From Halieaceae bacterium (GTDB lineage Bacteria > Pseudomonadota > Gammaproteobacteria > Pseudomonadales > Halieaceae), in contig CABYVD010000002.1 of NCBI GenBank assembly GCA_902522335.1, forward strand, positions 16,428-80,427: DNA of 64,000 nucleotides, in the 5' to 3' direction. Positions 10,701-19,227 of this stretch are shown one piece after another. Position numbers and translations under genes: made by a program. Below the pieces are notes generated by a model. The model ran no database searches. It had not been told where the DNA came from and saw only the letters and a program-made list of their open reading frames with translations. Every line of letters starts with the position of its first letter. Within the stretch, counting starts at the first letter, position 1.

Positions 10701-11350
10701 ACGTTGAGAAGCTCTGGGTACTCACGAAGACTGAAGACGCCGCGAATGCCATGAAGCACAGCGTCGACAACCCCAATGGGATTAATGTCGAGTGCCGAGC
10801 CATTGGCGATGAGCTCGAATCCAGTTTGGATGACATTCTCCGCAATGAGGGCGGCTACGATGTTGTGGTTAGCAGTCCGTTTGAGCGTTTACCCCTAAAT
10901 GCGCTTGCAGCTAACGCAAACGAGCCCTGGGATCGCGTTCTTAGCGACGATGAGTTCAGAAAGCTGGTGCATGATCAGCTCACGCATCACTTCCGTGTGG
11001 CACGCACATCTGCATTGGTGCCGAATTGTCAGATCGTTTTGATTACGCCTGACACGTCGCTTGCATCGACACGTGAAGAATTTGCTTTGGCCTTGTTTGT
11101 GAAGAACTCGCTACACGCTTTCACAGTGACATTGGGTGTTGAGGGAGAGCGTTTACCGACGGTCCCAGCCATTAACCAGGTTCAGTTGACGCGACGGGCG
11201 CATACCGAAGAGCCGTCAAACGATCAGGAACTAGCAGAAGAAATGACGCGTTTGGTGCATGCGGTGCTTCAGTGCTCCGTACCCGCGCCAACGCCATCTG
11301 ATAGTCGTTATCTGTCGAAGATCTTCCGTGGTAATGCAGTAACGGTGTAG
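7700..11350 (+). CDS. mcr: Bifunctional malonyl-CoA reductase (Chloroflexus type)
   Basis: ATG 7700 overlaps the pcs TGA (ATGA), with AGGAG at 7688. 1216 aa of tandem SDR modules: TGAAGSIG/NNAG/YYGRIPYVVPK and TGGSLGIG/NNAGISG/YPNRADYAVSK, plus SGETFHPSGG and a C-terminal RGNAVTV, as in Chloroflexus-type MCR. Confidence 0.93.
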   Translation: MNDMSDIPQDLLTQSIAGRRLDNKCIILTGAAGSIGSYITRQLLREGARVMLTGRDQGKLDDFMGDLVDEGFEETFMVSATGDCADPEVCRQIVAKTVAAFGPIDVLVNNAGAAGPKFTLRDIPFTEAEQRAADSDQTMFDSAMNLLGAPWNMARAAAPHMSAGGSIINVSTIFSRTHYYGRIPYVVPKSGLNALGKGLALELGEKQGIRVNTLFPGPIESERIESVFARMDELQGVEPGSTGKEFRDLMITTRTSDGGLEYKYPTPTDVASGIVWLASDESSALSGHHIEVTNGMQVPAQSRSQLVSWPDKRLEDLSGQVVLILGGDDYQEAVTFAERQIQSGARVMLAFRNLNTVGHARSLLQARNLDDVQLSHLDPLRRESVDRSMQLMSDHFGRLDGVILLPQKPNGEYGYSLCTANDEDVANFVRDEVVAPVAFASSFARNMDRLFADGEPPAIVYVTNPSDRHGNLMNEIIRASVEALIRGWRHEDETLANAGDLTWAVQPNQMVRYDTEDEEALTFAADWAATLTNRVRKMDSINLWLPRSIKRSTGKSSMPSSISRVLPGLHKGRTAVITGGSLGIGLQLGRFLAIAGARVLLSARSEGKLAEARDEIVDELRNIGYPRPESRVTILGGIDVGDPDALDRLHAHAVAELGHVDFLINNAGISGAEEMVVDMTRADWDRTMEANLISNYSLIRKFSPAMKAGGRGSILNVSSYFGGEKYVAVAYPNRADYAVSKAGQRVLAEILSRHLGPEIQINALAPGPVDGARLRGSAEAPGLFDRRGLLVLENKRLNEVHKAILAGMSSGFSADDVMTLASNAVDGIDIDALPKPIARLVLKIRDSGGLGNSSNYLMHTGIAEKLMTRLVRAGILSDEQREQFLGTFVDAPAPFFEFAETSKQAEQIETGILNRLHLHKMPTDEQVGLSTVFHLADDIVSGETFHPSGGLKFDRSVTEGELLLPPNESEIAKLQGKRIVLIGDSMKNELANIANGFLAQNVEKLWVLTKTEDAANAMKHSVDNPNGINVECRAIGDELESSLDDILRNEGGYDVVVSSPFERLPLNALAANANEPWDRVLSDDEFRKLVHDQLTHHFRVARTSALVPNCQIVLITPDTSLASTREEFALALFVKNSLHAFTVTLGVEGERLPTVPAINQVQLTRRAHTEEPSNDQELAEEMTRLVHAVLQCSVPAPTPSDSRYLSKIFRGNAVTV

Positions 11351-11370
11351 CTCTGGGCAGGGTGATCACC

Positions 11371-11399
11371 AAAACCGGGGCACTGCCCCGGTTTTTTTT
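11371..11399 (+). terminator. Rho-independent terminator of pcs-mcr
   Basis: AAAACCGGGGCACTGCCCCGGTTTTTTTT: GC-rich hairpin followed by a T-tract, 20 nt after the mcr stop. Confidence 0.9.
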
Positions 11400-11485
11400 G
11401 CCCAGCTTGTTCTTGTCACTTTCCTTTGCACGCTCGCTAGATACTGAGTAGTCTCGGCAAAAGCTAATAACAAAAGAACAGGCTT

Positions 11486-12934
11486 ATGACAGACAGCGGC
11501 ACTGCGCTCCCGTTTAGTACGAAATTCCTATACGGATTCGGTTCGATTGCCTACGGGATTAAAGACAACGCGTTCGCCTATTTCCTGCTATTTGTTTACG
11601 TTCAAGTCTTCGGTCTTGCCCCTGATCTTGCCGGTCTGGCCATCCTGATCATGCTGATCTTCGATGCCATCTCCGATCCACTGATTGGCTATATTTCCGA
11701 TAACACCAAGTCGCGCTGGGGCCGCAGACACCCGTTTATCTACGGATCCATCATCCCCGTATCGCTGACGTTCTTTCTGATTTGGGACCCTCCCACTGCC
11801 GCCTCCGATCAAGTGCTTTTCTGGTACCTGCTGGTAATGGGTATTGGTATACGAACCACCATTACCCTTTACGAAATACCCAGCACGGCGCTGGGTCCTG
11901 AATTGACTCAGGACTATGTTGAGCGCAGCTCTCTGATCGCGTTCAGGGCCTGGTTTGGCTGGTGGGGCGGGCTCACCATGTGGAATCTGCTTTGGGTCTT
12001 TGTCGTCTACAGCAGCGCCAACGGTACGCAAGACGCTCGCTATGTGCCAGAGACCTGGGTGGTTTATGGCATTGGCTGCAGTATTGTCATGGCCACTGCC
12101 ATACTGGTAACAGGCGTGGGGACGCATAAACACATCCCACATCTCCACATACCAGATGAAGTTGAGAAGGAGAGCAAAAGCAAGCAGGTAAAGACGGTAC
12201 TGAAAGACATATGGCTCACACTGAATGTCAGCCGTAACTACCGCATACTGTTCATTGCTTACATCGTTTGCAAAGCTGCCTCGGGGCTATTTACCAACCT
12301 AACGCTCTTCTACTACAGCTATTACTGGGAACTGGAGCCTTCGGACATTCTCACCATTGGCTTGAGTCTGTTTCTTGCTCCGGTGCTCGGTCTAAAACTC
12401 GCGCCCATGTGCAGCGGCCTATTTGGCAAACGAAATACGGCTATTGGCTTTTTCGCGGCTTCCATGGTGCTAGAAAATGCGTTAATTCTGCTGCGCGTTC
12501 TAGATCTGCTGCCCTCCAATGACTCACCTTTGATATTGGCCTGTGTTCTCGCCTGTCACTTTGCTGCTGTCGCTTGCATCATTGTGGCTGGAACGGCGGT
12601 GGGCTCGATGGTCTTTGACACGGTGGAGGAAGTGGAGACCGCCACCAACAAGCGCATGGAGGGAACGCTATTGGCGGCGCGTTCGTTTGCTGAAAAGTGC
12701 ATGGCAGGGGCTGGTGCGTTTTCTGCAGGCCTCATTCTGAGCTTTGCGGCGTGGCCTGAAGACGCCAAGCCTGGCCTCGTATCACAAGCGACACTCGACA
12801 CGGTGGGCATCTACACGGTCATTGCATCGACGGCGCTCTGGTTACTGGGTCTCTTTTTCATCGGCAAAGTTCGTGAAAACAAGGAGGCGCACGCTGAACG
12901 CCTCTCAGGGCTTGCGGCCAAAGGTGCCCAGTAG
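11486..12934 (+). CDS. MFS transporter, glycoside-pentoside-hexuronide (MelB-like) family
   Basis: DAISDPLIGYISDNTKSRWGRRHPF, YEIPSTALGPELTQDYVERS, about 12 hydrophobic segments. Confidence 0.85.
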   Translation: MTDSGTALPFSTKFLYGFGSIAYGIKDNAFAYFLLFVYVQVFGLAPDLAGLAILIMLIFDAISDPLIGYISDNTKSRWGRRHPFIYGSIIPVSLTFFLIWDPPTAASDQVLFWYLLVMGIGIRTTITLYEIPSTALGPELTQDYVERSSLIAFRAWFGWWGGLTMWNLLWVFVVYSSANGTQDARYVPETWVVYGIGCSIVMATAILVTGVGTHKHIPHLHIPDEVEKESKSKQVKTVLKDIWLTLNVSRNYRILFIAYIVCKAASGLFTNLTLFYYSYYWELEPSDILTIGLSLFLAPVLGLKLAPMCSGLFGKRNTAIGFFAASMVLENALILLRVLDLLPSNDSPLILACVLACHFAAVACIIVAGTAVGSMVFDTVEEVETATNKRMEGTLLAARSFAEKCMAGAGAFSAGLILSFAAWPEDAKPGLVSQATLDTVGIYTVIASTALWLLGLFFIGKVRENKEAHAERLSGLAAKGAQ

Positions 12935-13026
12935 AATCTCACGGGCACCATGGATTTGCTGACACGATCACGACATGATTAAAGCCTCGCTCACTCCCCT
13001 GTAGGAATACGATAGGACACGCTTTT

Positions 13027-14307
13027 ATGAAATCTCTTAAATCCCTGCTTGTTGCTACTGGCTGTGCGGTATTACTGCCCATGCACTCGCTAGCGGCAGA
13101 CGTGACCGCAAAAATCGATGCCGTAATGCCAAAGGTTGTCGAATGGCGACGCGATTTTCACCAACACCCCGAACTCAGTAATCAGGAATTTCGGACGGCA
13201 AAAATTGTCGCCGATCACTTACGATCTCTGGGTATGGAGGTTGAGACTGAGGTGGCTCACACCGGTGTGGTTGGGACACTGCGCGGAGGCGACGGCCCAG
13301 TCGTTGCTTTGCGCGCCGATATGGATGGACTGCCTGTCACCGAATTAGTTGACCTCCCGTTTGCATCAAAAGCACGAGGTGTCTACCAGGGTCGCGAAGT
13401 CGGGGTCATGCACGCCTGCGGCCATGACAATCACGTGGCTATTTTGATGGGCGTAGCCGAGGTCCTCGCTGGTATGGGCGATGATTTACCTGGGACAGTT
13501 AAATTCATATTCCAACCGGCAGAAGAAGGCACGCCGGACGGGTCAGTTGGCGGCGCGGAGCTCATGCTCATTGAAGGCGCGTTTGAGAATCCGCGGCCCG
13601 ATGTCGTGTTCGGGCTACACGTGTTTCCATTTCCGGTCGGCACCATTGCAACACGCCCTGGCGGACTCATGGCTTCATCAGATCGCCATCAAATCACCAT
13701 CAAAGGCAAACAGACACACGGCGCTGTGCCCTGGGCGGGCGTCGACCCCATTGTGACGGCCAGCCAAGTCGTCCTGGGACTTCAAACCATCGTCTCACGA
13801 CAACTAGATGCCACATTAACGCCCTCCATCGTTACCATCGGACGGGTTAAGGGCGGTGTACGCAACAACATCATCCCCGAATCAGTAGAACTTGAGGGCA
13901 CCATCAGGACCTTTGATGCTGAAACCCGTATCGATATTCACAAGCGGATTAGGCGCACAGCCACCAATATTGCTGAAGCTGCAGGCGCAACAGCCGATGT
14001 TGTGATTGATCAGGGGTATGGCGTCACTCGCAATGATCCCAATCTCTTTCAACAAATGTCGCCCACGCTGGAGCGCGTCGCGGGTGATCGCTTCATCGAA
14101 GCCTCGCAAACCACAACAGCCGAGGATTTCTCCTTCTTCGCCAATGAAGTACCGGGCCTCTTCTTGTTCTTGGGGGTCGCACCTGACGATCCGACCTTGA
14201 TCTATCCCAACCACTCGCCTCGCTTCTATGCAGACGAACGGGCGCTCCCGGTGGGTGTCGAGGCACTGACCTCAATGACTTTGGACTACATGATGTCCGA
14301 GCCGTAA
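13027..14307 (+). CDS. M20D family amidohydrolase with N-terminal signal peptide
   Basis: WRRDFHQHPELS, LRADMDGLP, MHACGHD, FQPAEEG, GVRNNIIP, AEDFSFF, PNHSPRF; Sec-type signal ending ...SLA-A. Confidence 0.9.
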   Translation: MKSLKSLLVATGCAVLLPMHSLAADVTAKIDAVMPKVVEWRRDFHQHPELSNQEFRTAKIVADHLRSLGMEVETEVAHTGVVGTLRGGDGPVVALRADMDGLPVTELVDLPFASKARGVYQGREVGVMHACGHDNHVAILMGVAEVLAGMGDDLPGTVKFIFQPAEEGTPDGSVGGAELMLIEGAFENPRPDVVFGLHVFPFPVGTIATRPGGLMASSDRHQITIKGKQTHGAVPWAGVDPIVTASQVVLGLQTIVSRQLDATLTPSIVTIGRVKGGVRNNIIPESVELEGTIRTFDAETRIDIHKRIRRTATNIAEAAGATADVVIDQGYGVTRNDPNLFQQMSPTLERVAGDRFIEASQTTTAEDFSFFANEVPGLFLFLGVAPDDPTLIYPNHSPRFYADERALPVGVEALTSMTLDYMMSEP

Positions 14308-14328
14308 CCGCTCGAGAGTAAACTCGGG

Positions 14329-15864
14329 CTAAAAGGCGTCTCGAAGCTGCCGTTTTAGGATCTTTCCGATGTCGCTTCGAGGCAGCTCATCCATAAAGGT
14401 GACGCCGGCAATGGCCTGAATGGCGCTCAGCCGTTTGTTCGCATCGAGCCTGATGTCTTCCTCGGCGCGCTCACTGTCAGCGCGCCTGACTACGAACGCC
14501 CATGGGGTTTCACCCCAGTCCTCCGAAGGTTTAGCCACTACCGCTGACTCAACCACATCCGGCATGGCGTTCAGGGCCTGCTCCAGGTCGGTGGCGTAAA
14601 TATTCTGACCCCCCGACAGAATCATGTCCTTGATTCTGTCACTCAAAAACAACCAGCCATCCTCGTCGAGGTAACCCACATCGCCTGATCGATAGAAAAG
14701 CCTACCCTGCTCATCGAACCAGTGCATCGCCTTGGTGGCCTCCTCACGATTGAGATAGCCATCACTCATGATGCCCGCGCGCCCAACAATTTCGCCCGAC
14801 TCGTTGGGTCCCAGTAATTCACCGTTTTCGCCCAGAATTTTCAATTCGTTCCCAGGCTGTACCTGACCTACCGAACCCAACTTACCTAGCTCTGCGGCTT
14901 TCCGCGCTATTAAGGTTGTAGCGACACCGCCCTCGGTTAAACCGTAGAACTCCAGTAACTGTGCACTCGTATCCGCCAGAATCTTCTCTTTCATGACGGC
15001 TGATAGTGGTGCACTGGTAGAGAACAGCCACTTCACACTTTTCCAGTTATCCGGTGAATGATTGGGCGAAGCCCACATGCGTTGGTACTGCACAGGCACG
15101 AGCATGGCATGGGTGATCGCGTAGTCGCGAATCAACTCGTTTGCGCGCTCCGCGTTGAACTTGCGCATGATGACCTGTGTTGCACCCACCCACACCGAGG
15201 GCCACCAGGTCGTGATTGTGGTGTTTGAGTATAGGGGCGTACTCGTAAGAACGACACCACCCTCAAACTCCATCTTTTCAGTGCCAGAAATGAGAAGATT
15301 GCGCGCGAGATGGCTGTGAATGATGCCCTTGGGGATGCCGGTCGTCCCGGAGCTGTAGAGAATATCGTATTCCTCGTCGAGCGCCATGTGGACATTCGGT
15401 GAGCTAGCATCAAAGGTATTGGCCCACGCCGTATGATCATGAAATTGCTCGCAAGCCGTCTCCAACGCAAATCTTAGATCCGCCCTGATCGAGGAGATGT
15501 CCATGAAGTGCTCAAGCGCTGCATTGCGGTATTGATCTGAGACAAACAGGCCCTTTACCGCGCTGTCGAGCAGCATATTTCTCTGCGCCTCTGGTGTCGC
15601 CGTGTTTGGGACAGGCACCATGCTCGCACCCGAGCACAAGATACCTGTCATCACCTCTGCACACTCGACGCTGTTGCGCGATAGGACGGCTACGCGATCA
15701 CCTTTACCAATGCCGGCTGCAATGAGTCCGTTAGCGATACGAAAAACGTGATCAATACTACTTTTATTGTCGCGCATGACGCCGTCAATGATATAGGCCA
15801 GCCGCGCAGGCTGATTCGTCCTACGGCTATCAAGTCGTTCACAAAGCGATAGGGTCGGGGTCAC
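14329..15864 (-). CDS. Class I adenylate-forming enzyme (acyl-CoA ligase)
   Basis: YSSGTTGIPKG, FYGLTEGG, SGDVG, DRIKDMILSGG, LPRSDIGKILK. Likely start is GTG 15864 after GAGG; the ORF-track start at 16071 overlaps the psiE-like gene. Confidence 0.88.
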   Translation of the reverse strand: MTPTLSLCERLDSRRTNQPARLAYIIDGVMRDNKSSIDHVFRIANGLIAAGIGKGDRVAVLSRNSVECAEVMTGILCSGASMVPVPNTATPEAQRNMLLDSAVKGLFVSDQYRNAALEHFMDISSIRADLRFALETACEQFHDHTAWANTFDASSPNVHMALDEEYDILYSSGTTGIPKGIIHSHLARNLLISGTEKMEFEGGVVLTSTPLYSNTTITTWWPSVWVGATQVIMRKFNAERANELIRDYAITHAMLVPVQYQRMWASPNHSPDNWKSVKWLFSTSAPLSAVMKEKILADTSAQLLEFYGLTEGGVATTLIARKAAELGKLGSVGQVQPGNELKILGENGELLGPNESGEIVGRAGIMSDGYLNREEATKAMHWFDEQGRLFYRSGDVGYLDEDGWLFLSDRIKDMILSGGQNIYATDLEQALNAMPDVVESAVVAKPSEDWGETPWAFVVRRADSERAEEDIRLDANKRLSAIQAIAGVTFMDELPRSDIGKILKRQLRDAF

Positions 15865-16028
15865 GATGGAGTACCTCACAAAACAGTTGTCTAAGGATCT
15901 ATCTACCCAATGGAAGATACCAAAGATTTGATTGTCTAACAGGCTATAAAAAACGCCCAAAAAGACTGAACGGACCTGAATTTTGGTCCGTAAAACCTTT
16001 TGAAGCAGCGGGTTTTGGGCAACACGCC

Positions 16029-16457
16029 ATGGAACAGCACGAAAATAAAGAAGGCAACACGCAAGAGTCAAAATTCATTGATCGGTTTGACGACGTGGTA
16101 TTGGGGCTTTTTGCCTTTGCCGAACGAGGACTGCTTCTACTGATTGGTGCATTAGCGATCGTCGCGGTTGGGTTCGAATTAGGCGCCTTACTGGTCAACC
16201 GCGATATTAATCTTGCTGATCTGCTGTTACTCTTTATCTACCTCGAGGTGCTTGGCATGGCCTTCGCCTACTACTCGACCCACAGTGTGCCCGTTACCTT
16301 ACCCGTGTTGATTGCAATTACAGGCATTACACGACTGATTCTACTTAGCAAAGATTCAGAGCCAAGTGAGTTGATGTACGAGGCCGGCGCCGTGTTGTTG
16401 CTGGCAATTGCCTATGGTGCGTTGTCCTGGGCATCGAACTTCTTCAAACGCAAATAA
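16029..16457 (+). CDS. PsiE-family membrane protein
   Basis: LADLLLLFIYLEV.GM...Y...VPVTLPVLIAITGITRLILL; 4 TM segments. Confidence 0.85.
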   Translation: MEQHENKEGNTQESKFIDRFDDVVLGLFAFAERGLLLLIGALAIVAVGFELGALLVNRDINLADLLLLFIYLEVLGMAFAYYSTHSVPVTLPVLIAITGITRLILLSKDSEPSELMYEAGAVLLLAIAYGALSWASNFFKRK

Positions 16458-16507
16458 AGCTGGCGCCCTGACTTCTCGTCAGGTTTGATCCTCGTCTATC
16501 ATGGCGT

Positions 16508-17347
16508 ATGCATCTTCGTCGCCATCGTATTAGAGTCTTGACGGTAAACGTTTTCTTGAGAGTCCTCGCTCTCTTCGTTGTGTCATTGCCGGTACAGGCT
16601 ATTTCAGAACCAGTCAGCTTTGGCGACGTACTGCAGCTCCCTGTCAAAGAAGTCGCTCAGACACTGGCTTATGGAAGCTCACCACAGAATACGGTCGTCA
16701 ATATCAGAGGATCAGACTCATCGCGAGGTGTTGTCACCCTGATCCACGGCGGCTGTTGGTCCAACGCCTACGACCGGAATCACGCTTTGCCTATGGCCGA
16801 GGCGCTTTCAACCATGGGCTACGATGTTTGGGTGCCTGAGTATCGGCGAGTGGGTGATGAAAGTGGCGGTTGGCCCGGCAGCTTAGAAGACATCATCGCG
16901 GCGGTTGAGTTCGTAACCGATAAAACAGGACAGCAACCCATCCTCGTAGGCCATTCTGCCGGTGGGCACCTGGCCTTGCGCGCTGCCCAGACGAGTGTGG
17001 CGATTGACGGTGTGGTGGGCTTAGCGCCCATCACTGACCTTGTGTCTTATGGCGCAGAGTCAGGGAGTTGTCAGTCGATGGTTGCCCCTTTTATGGGTGA
17101 CGAGACTTATTCTCCGGATGATTCCTATCGAGATGCTTCAGTGACTCTGCACGCTATCAATGTTCCCGTGTCTGTCGTGATTGGCAAAGAAGACCCCATC
17201 GTCGGAGCAAATCAGGTAGCGGCTTTCGACAGTGGGCAGATAATCACGGTTAAAGGTGCCGGGCATTTTGATGTCATACATCCCAAAACCGAGGCATTTA
17301 GCGCTGTTACGAACGCGCTCGAAGCAATCAAGGAGAAAGGTCACTGA
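16508..17347 (+). CDS. Alpha/beta hydrolase (HGGxW, GHSAGG), candidate kynurenine formamidase or esterase
   Basis: IHGGCW, EYRRVG...GGWP, GHSAGGHLAL, D(PIV), AGHFD. Start uncertain; hydrophobic N-terminus ending VQA. Ends 4 nt before kynU. Confidence 0.8.
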   Translation: MHLRRHRIRVLTVNVFLRVLALFVVSLPVQAISEPVSFGDVLQLPVKEVAQTLAYGSSPQNTVVNIRGSDSSRGVVTLIHGGCWSNAYDRNHALPMAEALSTMGYDVWVPEYRRVGDESGGWPGSLEDIIAAVEFVTDKTGQQPILVGHSAGGHLALRAAQTSVAIDGVVGLAPITDLVSYGAESGSCQSMVAPFMGDETYSPDDSYRDASVTLHAINVPVSVVIGKEDPIVGANQVAAFDSGQIITVKGAGHFDVIHPKTEAFSAVTNALEAIKEKGH

Positions 17348-17351
17348 GCTC

Positions 17352-18560
17352 ATGAGTGCCGGCGATTTTGAAAAATTACGTTCGCGTTTCCAGCTGCCAG
17401 ACGGCAAGGTCTATCTGGACGGCAATTCGCTTGGAGCCCTACCTCGCCACACAGTAACGCGGCTACAAGAAGTGATCTCAAGGGAGTGGGCTGACGAAAT
17501 TGTCAGTGGCTGGAATACTAAAGCGTGGATAGATCTGCCGCTCAGTATCGGCGATCAAATTGCTCCCATCATTGGCGCCGCATCGGGTACCGTCGTTTGC
17601 TGCGATAGTTTATCGATCAATTTATTCAAGGCGCTGACCGCCTGTCTAGAACTGAACGAAGGTCGAAGCCTGATCACTTTGGAGGATGGCCAGTTTCCCA
17701 CCGATAGCTACATCGCTGACGGTTTATCGCAACTCCTTGGCGCTGATCGCTGCCGGACACAAGCTGTCGATATTGCTGCGCTGACACCTGAGACTCTCTC
17801 TGAATCTGCCGCGCTACTGCTGTCCCACGTTGACTATAAATCTGGCGCTCTAAGAGATATGGACGCCATTACTGCCATGGCGCAGTCCGTTGGGTGCTTG
17901 GTAATTTGGGATTTAGCGCACAGTGCGGGGGCCATTGATATGAATCTGGAGGCGAGTCAGGTCGACTTTGCCGTTGGCTGTACCTATAAGTTTCTGAACG
18001 GTGGGCCGGGCGCGCCAGGCTTCCTCTACATCGCTGGGCGTCATCAGGAAGTCCAGAACCCCCTTCCGGGCTGGATGGGCCATGCGCGTCTATTCGATTT
18101 TGAAGCCAAGTACGAGGCGGCGCCGGGTATCAAAAGATTCCTGACGGGCACCCAAAGCGTTCTTGCGCTCAGCGCTGTCAATGCCTCTCTGTCGGTATTT
18201 GAGGGACTCACAATGCAGGACGTCAGAGCTCGAAGCCTCGCGATCACGGGACATTTCATAGCTCTCTGGGAGCAAAGCTCGGTACTGCAATCGCACGCCG
18301 CGCTGGTCACACCTATCGATGATGCGCAGCGTGGTTCTCAGGTCAGTCTTGCGCTTGAGAGTGCGTTTCCTGTGAGCCAGGCATTGATTGCAGATGGCAT
18401 CATCGTCGACTTTAGAGAACCCAATATCGTCCGATTTGGCTTTTCACCGCTCTACAACACGTTCAGCGATGCCGACCAGGCAATCGCATCGCTCGAAGCT
18501 GTACTTACCAGCGAACGCTACCGCCTACCTCAGTTTCAAATTCGATCGACGGTCACATGA
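17352..18560 (+). CDS. kynU: Kynureninase
   Basis: YLDGNSLG, FPTDSY, WDLAHSAG, GCTYKFLNGGPG (PLP lysine), GWMGH, RGSQVS, DFREPN.VRFGFSPLY; ATG 17352. Confidence 0.95.
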   Translation: MSAGDFEKLRSRFQLPDGKVYLDGNSLGALPRHTVTRLQEVISREWADEIVSGWNTKAWIDLPLSIGDQIAPIIGAASGTVVCCDSLSINLFKALTACLELNEGRSLITLEDGQFPTDSYIADGLSQLLGADRCRTQAVDIAALTPETLSESAALLLSHVDYKSGALRDMDAITAMAQSVGCLVIWDLAHSAGAIDMNLEASQVDFAVGCTYKFLNGGPGAPGFLYIAGRHQEVQNPLPGWMGHARLFDFEAKYEAAPGIKRFLTGTQSVLALSAVNASLSVFEGLTMQDVRARSLAITGHFIALWEQSSVLQSHAALVTPIDDAQRGSQVSLALESAFPVSQALIADGIIVDFREPNIVRFGFSPLYNTFSDADQAIASLEAVLTSERYRLPQFQIRSTVT

Positions 18561-19057
18561 CAGCTGATGACCCATCGCTGACACTCCTGAGATCAAAGGT
18601 ACGGGACGTCCCTGACTTTCCGACGCCCGGCATCCTTTTCAAAGACATCACCCCGCTTCTCTCAGATCATCACGCGATGGATGCAGCGCTTAGTCTTCTC
18701 GCTCTAGCGATTGAAGACCTGATGTTTGATGTCATCGCAGCGCCGGAGGCACGGGGGTTCATCTTTGCGGCGCCCCTAGCGAGCCACTTCGGGGTTGGCC
18801 TCGCACTTATTCGCAAGCCAGGTAAGCTACCGGCGGCAACTCTGAGTCATACGTACTCACTGGAATACGGAAATGACACCCTGGAAATGCACGCCGACAG
18901 CTTTGAAGGGATGGTTTCACCCAGGGTTCTGATAGTCGATGACGTACTTGCCACGGGCGGCACGGCCGCCGCGTCAGCTGAACTCATCAAAAGTGCTGGC
19001 GGAGTGGACTTGAAAAAGAAAAGCTCTGAAGTATTATACGCCCCTTCGCGCCCGTAG
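18557..19057 (+). CDS. apt: Adenine phosphoribosyltransferase, apparently C-terminally truncated (possible pseudogene)
   Basis: VPDFPTPGILFKDITPLL, EARGFIF, IRKPGKLP, YSLEYG, IVDDVLATGGT. Homology ends at ...IKSAGG; the frame then runs through a tRNA promoter and stops inside the tRNA. Confidence 0.85.
   Translation: MTADDPSLTLLRSKVRDVPDFPTPGILFKDITPLLSDHHAMDAALSLLALAIEDLMFDVIAAPEARGFIFAAPLASHFGVGLALIRKPGKLPAATLSHTYSLEYGNDTLEMHADSFEGMVSPRVLIVDDVLATGGTAAASAELIKSAGGVDLKKKSSEVLYAPSRP
19010..19044 (+). promoter_or_regulatory. Sigma70 stable-RNA-type promoter for tRNA-Arg
   Basis: TTGAAA (19010-15), 16-bp spacer, TATTAT (19032-37), then GC-rich discriminator ACGCCCC directly before the tRNA. Confidence 0.75.
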
Positions 19058-19124
19058 CTCAGCTGGATAGAGTACCTGACTACGAATCAGGCGGTCGTAC
19101 GTTCGAATCGTACCGGGCGCGCCA
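19048..19124 (+). tRNA. tRNA-Arg(ACG)
   Basis: 77 nt. Acceptor stem GCGCCCG/CGGGCGC, D-arm TAGCTCAGCTGGATAGAG, anticodon arm CCTGA-CTACGAA-TCAGG, T-loop GTTCGAATC, encoded CCA. Confidence 0.97.
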
Positions 19125-19125
19125 T

Positions 19126-19166
19126 ATACAAAAAAGCCTCATCTATTGGATGGGGCTTTTTTGTAT
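19126..19166. terminator. Bidirectional intrinsic terminator after tRNA-Arg
   Basis: ATACAAAAAAGCCTCATC-TATTG-GATGGGGCTTTTTTGTAT inverted repeat with A and T tracts, between the tRNA and a convergent gene. Confidence 0.85.
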
Positions 19167-19227
19167 CCGGTGGTCTTCGTAGATATTCGGGGTGCTGCGA
19201 GGCCAACTGAAGCCATTCAGTTTGAGC

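Noticed and set aside
2292-11350. Calling the organism an autotroph with a complete 3-HP bi-cycle
   Set aside because: Only pcs and mcr are visible. The glyoxylate-assimilation enzymes are not in the window, so autotrophy is unsupported.
18006-18017. CCGGGCGCGCCA, identical to the last 12 nt of tRNA-Arg (possible att repeat)
   Set aside because: It lies inside kynU and encodes part of the conserved GGPGAP motif. It is a short GC-rich coincidence, and no integrase is present.
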